Source: Gemmatimonadota bacterium (lineage in GTDB: Bacteria > Gemmatimonadota > Gemmatimonadetes > Gemmatimonadales > Gemmatimonadaceae). Taken from it: a stretch of DNA of 17,942 nt. The stretch is from the NCBI GenBank assembly GCA_031372565.1, contig JANMLN010000048.1, positions 1 to 17,942 of the forward strand. Direction: 5' to 3'. Numbering within the stretch: position 1 is the first letter of the stretch; each line of letters begins with the position of its first letter. The position numbers and the translations under genes were made by a program. The notes beneath the pieces are model-generated. The model made no database searches. It was not told the origin of the DNA and saw only the letters and a list, made by a program, of their open reading frames with translations. Of the stretch, positions 15,707 to 17,942 are shown one piece after another.

Positions 15707-17028
15707 CAAGCCACCACGTGATTGTCGGTACGGGGATCGCGGCGCTGAGCGCGGCCGAGGCGATCCGGCACGCCGATCCGCGCGCGGCGATCACGATGAT
15801 CGGGCCGGAGACGGGGCCGTTCTACTCGCGGCCCGGCCTCGCGTACTGGATGACCCGCGAGGTGCCGGAATCGCAGCTGGCGATCCGGTCGGCGGCGGAG
15901 GTGGCGGCGCTCAGGCTGGATCGCCGGACGGGGCGCGTGGTCGGGCTCGAGCCGGCGATGCACCGGATCACGCTCGAGGATGGGACGCAGCTGACGTATG
16001 GACGGCTGCTCCTCGCGACCGGCGCGGCGTCGATCGCGGCGGAGTTCCCCGGTGCGCAACTCGAGGGGGTCATTCACGTGGATGACCTCGAGGACGCGCG
16101 CGATCTCATGCGACGCGCGACCACGGCGCGCGCCGCCGTGGTGGTGGGCGGGGGCAGCACGGCGCTTGAACTCGTGGACGGCCTGCACGCGCACGGCGTG
16201 GAGACGCACTATTGCATGCGCGGGTCGCGGTACTGGTCGCGCGTGTTCGACGAGGTCGAGTCGGCGATCGTGGAGGCGGGACTGCTCGCCAACGGCATCC
16301 GGCTCCACCGTCTCTGCTCGGTGCGGGAGGCGGTGGGCGAAGGGGGCCGGGTGAGCGGCATGATCACGGAGCGGGGCGACCACATTCCCTGCGACCTTCT
16401 CGCGGTCGCCGTGGGCATCCGGCCGCGGCTGGAGCTCGCGCGAACGGGCGGGCTGCGCCTCGAGCGCGGCATTCTGGTGAGCGAGTTTCTCGAGACGAGT
16501 GAAGCGGACGTGTTCGCCGCCGGCGACGTGGCGCAGGTGCACGACCCCGTCACCGGCCGCGCCCAACTGGACACCCTCTGGGCGAGCGCGCGGACGCAGG
16601 GCCGCATCGCCGGGCTCAACATGGCCGGGATCCGCGTGGCGCATCGGGCGCGCCCGGCGCTCAATGTCACGCGCGTGGGTGGCATCACGGCCACGATCAT
16701 CGGCCAGGTGGGTGCTGGAAACGACCCCGACCTGCTGACGCTCACGCGCGGTCAGAGCGAGCGGTGGGCGCCGGACCCGGATGCGTGGACGATCGCCGGC
16801 GCCGTGCGCGGTGACCGGCTCCGCGTCCTGGTCAGCGGCCGGGTGATCGTGGGTGCGGTCGTGCTGGGCGACCAGCGCGTGTCACGCGCACTGGCGCACC
16901 TGATCGGGGAGGCCGTGGACATCTCGGCGCTGCGACCGGCGCTCGAGGCGCGTCCGGACGAAGCGATGGCGCTGCTGCTGGACTTCTGCGATCACCATGT
17001 CAGCGACCGCGCCGCGCCGCACCGCTGA
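15703..17028 (+). CDS. FAD-dependent NAD(P)H oxidoreductase (rubredoxin/ferredoxin-reductase or NirB N-terminal-like, 441 aa)
   Basis: FAD motif VIVGTGIAA, YSRPGL, LLLATGA, pyridine-nucleotide motif VVVGGGSTALE, AVGIRP, and TSEADVFAAGDVA. Confidence 0.92.
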   Translation: MTSHHVIVGTGIAALSAAEAIRHADPRAAITMIGPETGPFYSRPGLAYWMTREVPESQLAIRSAAEVAALRLDRRTGRVVGLEPAMHRITLEDGTQLTYGRLLLATGAASIAAEFPGAQLEGVIHVDDLEDARDLMRRATTARAAVVVGGGSTALELVDGLHAHGVETHYCMRGSRYWSRVFDEVESAIVEAGLLANGIRLHRLCSVREAVGEGGRVSGMITERGDHIPCDLLAVAVGIRPRLELARTGGLRLERGILVSEFLETSEADVFAAGDVAQVHDPVTGRAQLDTLWASARTQGRIAGLNMAGIRVAHRARPALNVTRVGGITATIIGQVGAGNDPDLLTLTRGQSERWAPDPDAWTIAGAVRGDRLRVLVSGRVIVGAVVLGDQRVSRALAHLIGEAVDISALRPALEARPDEAMALLLDFCDHHVSDRAAPHR

Positions 17029-17713
17029 GGCGACCACCGCCGTCGTGGCCATGGCCACCGCCGTGGCCGCCACCGCTGTGTTCCTGGTGTGGCGCGACGG
17101 GAGCACGTGGTGGCCCAGTGCGCTGCCGGGGCACGCGCTCGGTGGGCTGGGATTCGCGCTCATGCTCTGGGCGGGCTTCGGCTACAGCTGGCGCAAGCGC
17201 AGCGTCGCGCCGGGGGCGCCGCCGATGGCGAGGGCGATGCACGCGCACATGGTGGCCGGGCTGCTGGGTCCCTATCTCGTGATCCTGCACTCGGGGTTGG
17301 CGTTCCGCGGACTGGCGGGTGTGCTTTCGCTGCTCCTCGTGCTGGTGGTCGCGAGCGGCGTGCTGGGCCGCGCGGTGTTCGTCCGCCTGCCGAAGGCAGT
17401 GACGCTGGTGGATCCGATCCGGGTCGCCATGCTGGACGCGGAGATCGCCGGTGTCGAGGGGGAGGCGGCCGTCCTCGCACGCTCGGGGCGCGAGGACCCC
17501 GTCCAGCGCGCGGCCATTGATCACCGGTTCGTGGCGCTGCGGCACGAGCAGGAGCTGCTGCATTCGCAGCGGCGCCACGATGCCGGCACGGCCACGTCGC
17601 GGCGCGCGCTCAGCGTCTGGTGGTGGCTGCACGCCCCGGCGAGCATGGCGCTGTGGGTGCTGGCGGCCGCGCACGTGCTGGGCACGCTCTACTTCGGCGT
17701 CCTCTCCCGGTAA
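16997..17713 (+). CDS. Polytopic membrane protein with several intramembrane His residues (putative b-type heme / ferric-reductase-like TM subunit, 238 aa)
   Basis: About 5-6 hydrophobic segments; His in GHALG, HAHMVAG, ILHSG, WLHAP and AHVLG; VASGVLGR motif; central charged loop. Alternative start ATG 17051. Confidence 0.75.
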   Translation: MSATAPRRTAEATTAVVAMATAVAATAVFLVWRDGSTWWPSALPGHALGGLGFALMLWAGFGYSWRKRSVAPGAPPMARAMHAHMVAGLLGPYLVILHSGLAFRGLAGVLSLLLVLVVASGVLGRAVFVRLPKAVTLVDPIRVAMLDAEIAGVEGEAAVLARSGREDPVQRAAIDHRFVALRHEQELLHSQRRHDAGTATSRRALSVWWWLHAPASMALWVLAAAHVLGTLYFGVLSR

Positions 17714-17718
17714 CCGCG

Positions 17719-17942
17719 ATGCGACGGCTCCCCCTCTCGCCGGTCAGCCTGCTCGCCGCCCTCGCGGCGGGCGGCGGCGTGGTGCTCGCGATGCTGCTGG
17801 GCGGTGGCGCCATCTTTTCGCCGGGTGGGCTCCACGCGGGAGACCAATCCGTGGCGACGCTCGGCGGCGTCACGTCGCACGCTGCGCTCGGCCGACAGTG
17901 CAGCGCCTGCCACGCCCCGCCGGGGAGCGCCACGCCGATGGC
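17719..17942 (+). CDS. c-type cytochrome, probably multiheme (cytochrome c3-like); partial, runs off the window
   Basis: Absent from the ORF track because it has no stop in the window. Manual translation: MRRLPLSPVSLLAALAAGGGVVLAMLLGGGAIFSPGGLHAGDQSVATLGGVTSHAALGRQCSACHAPPGSATPM. It has a signal/anchor helix, an SPG..H..SH segment and CSACH at 17899-17913, and starts 5 nt after the upstream stop. Confidence 0.8.
   Translation, partial: MRRLPLSPVSLLAALAAGGGVVLAMLLGGGAIFSPGGLHAGDQSVATLGGVTSHAALGRQCSACHAPPGSATPM

Noticed and set aside
15703..17028. Nitrite reductase NirB or CoA-disulfide reductase
   Set aside because: No BFD-like [2Fe-2S] or siroheme domains and no active-site SFxxC cysteine; only the generic flavoprotein core is present.

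Overview
High-GC bacterial chromosomal window; gene content and repeat type are reminiscent of Gemmatimonadota, which is an inference only. The left part is mostly housekeeping: REP-like 30-bp repeats abutting a small minus-strand hypothetical gene, typA/bipA, a very acidic 111-aa protein, a bidirectional terminator, a TerC/YgdQ-family membrane protein, an orphan MacB-type ABC permease and a stand-alone tRNA-Ile(GAT) with its own promoter and terminator. From 5613 to the window end every supported gene is on the + strand, in three modules. (1) A soluble multi-PAS hybrid histidine kinase (HisKA-HATPase-REC-REC-Hpt) overlaps a PilB/GspE-type ATPase that carries an intact C-terminal receiver domain, followed by a PAS-like/zinc-ribbon protein. 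(2) Four overlapping type IV minor pilin genes (FimT/GspH-, PilV-, PilW- and a large PilX-like). (3) A redox operon: 2x[4Fe-4S] ferredoxin, FAD/NAD(P)H oxidoreductase, His-rich membrane protein and a c-type cytochrome cut off by the window edge. The most interesting candidates are a phosphorelay that may act directly on a pilus-assembly motor and a putative NADPH-linked trans-membrane electron conduit next to it.
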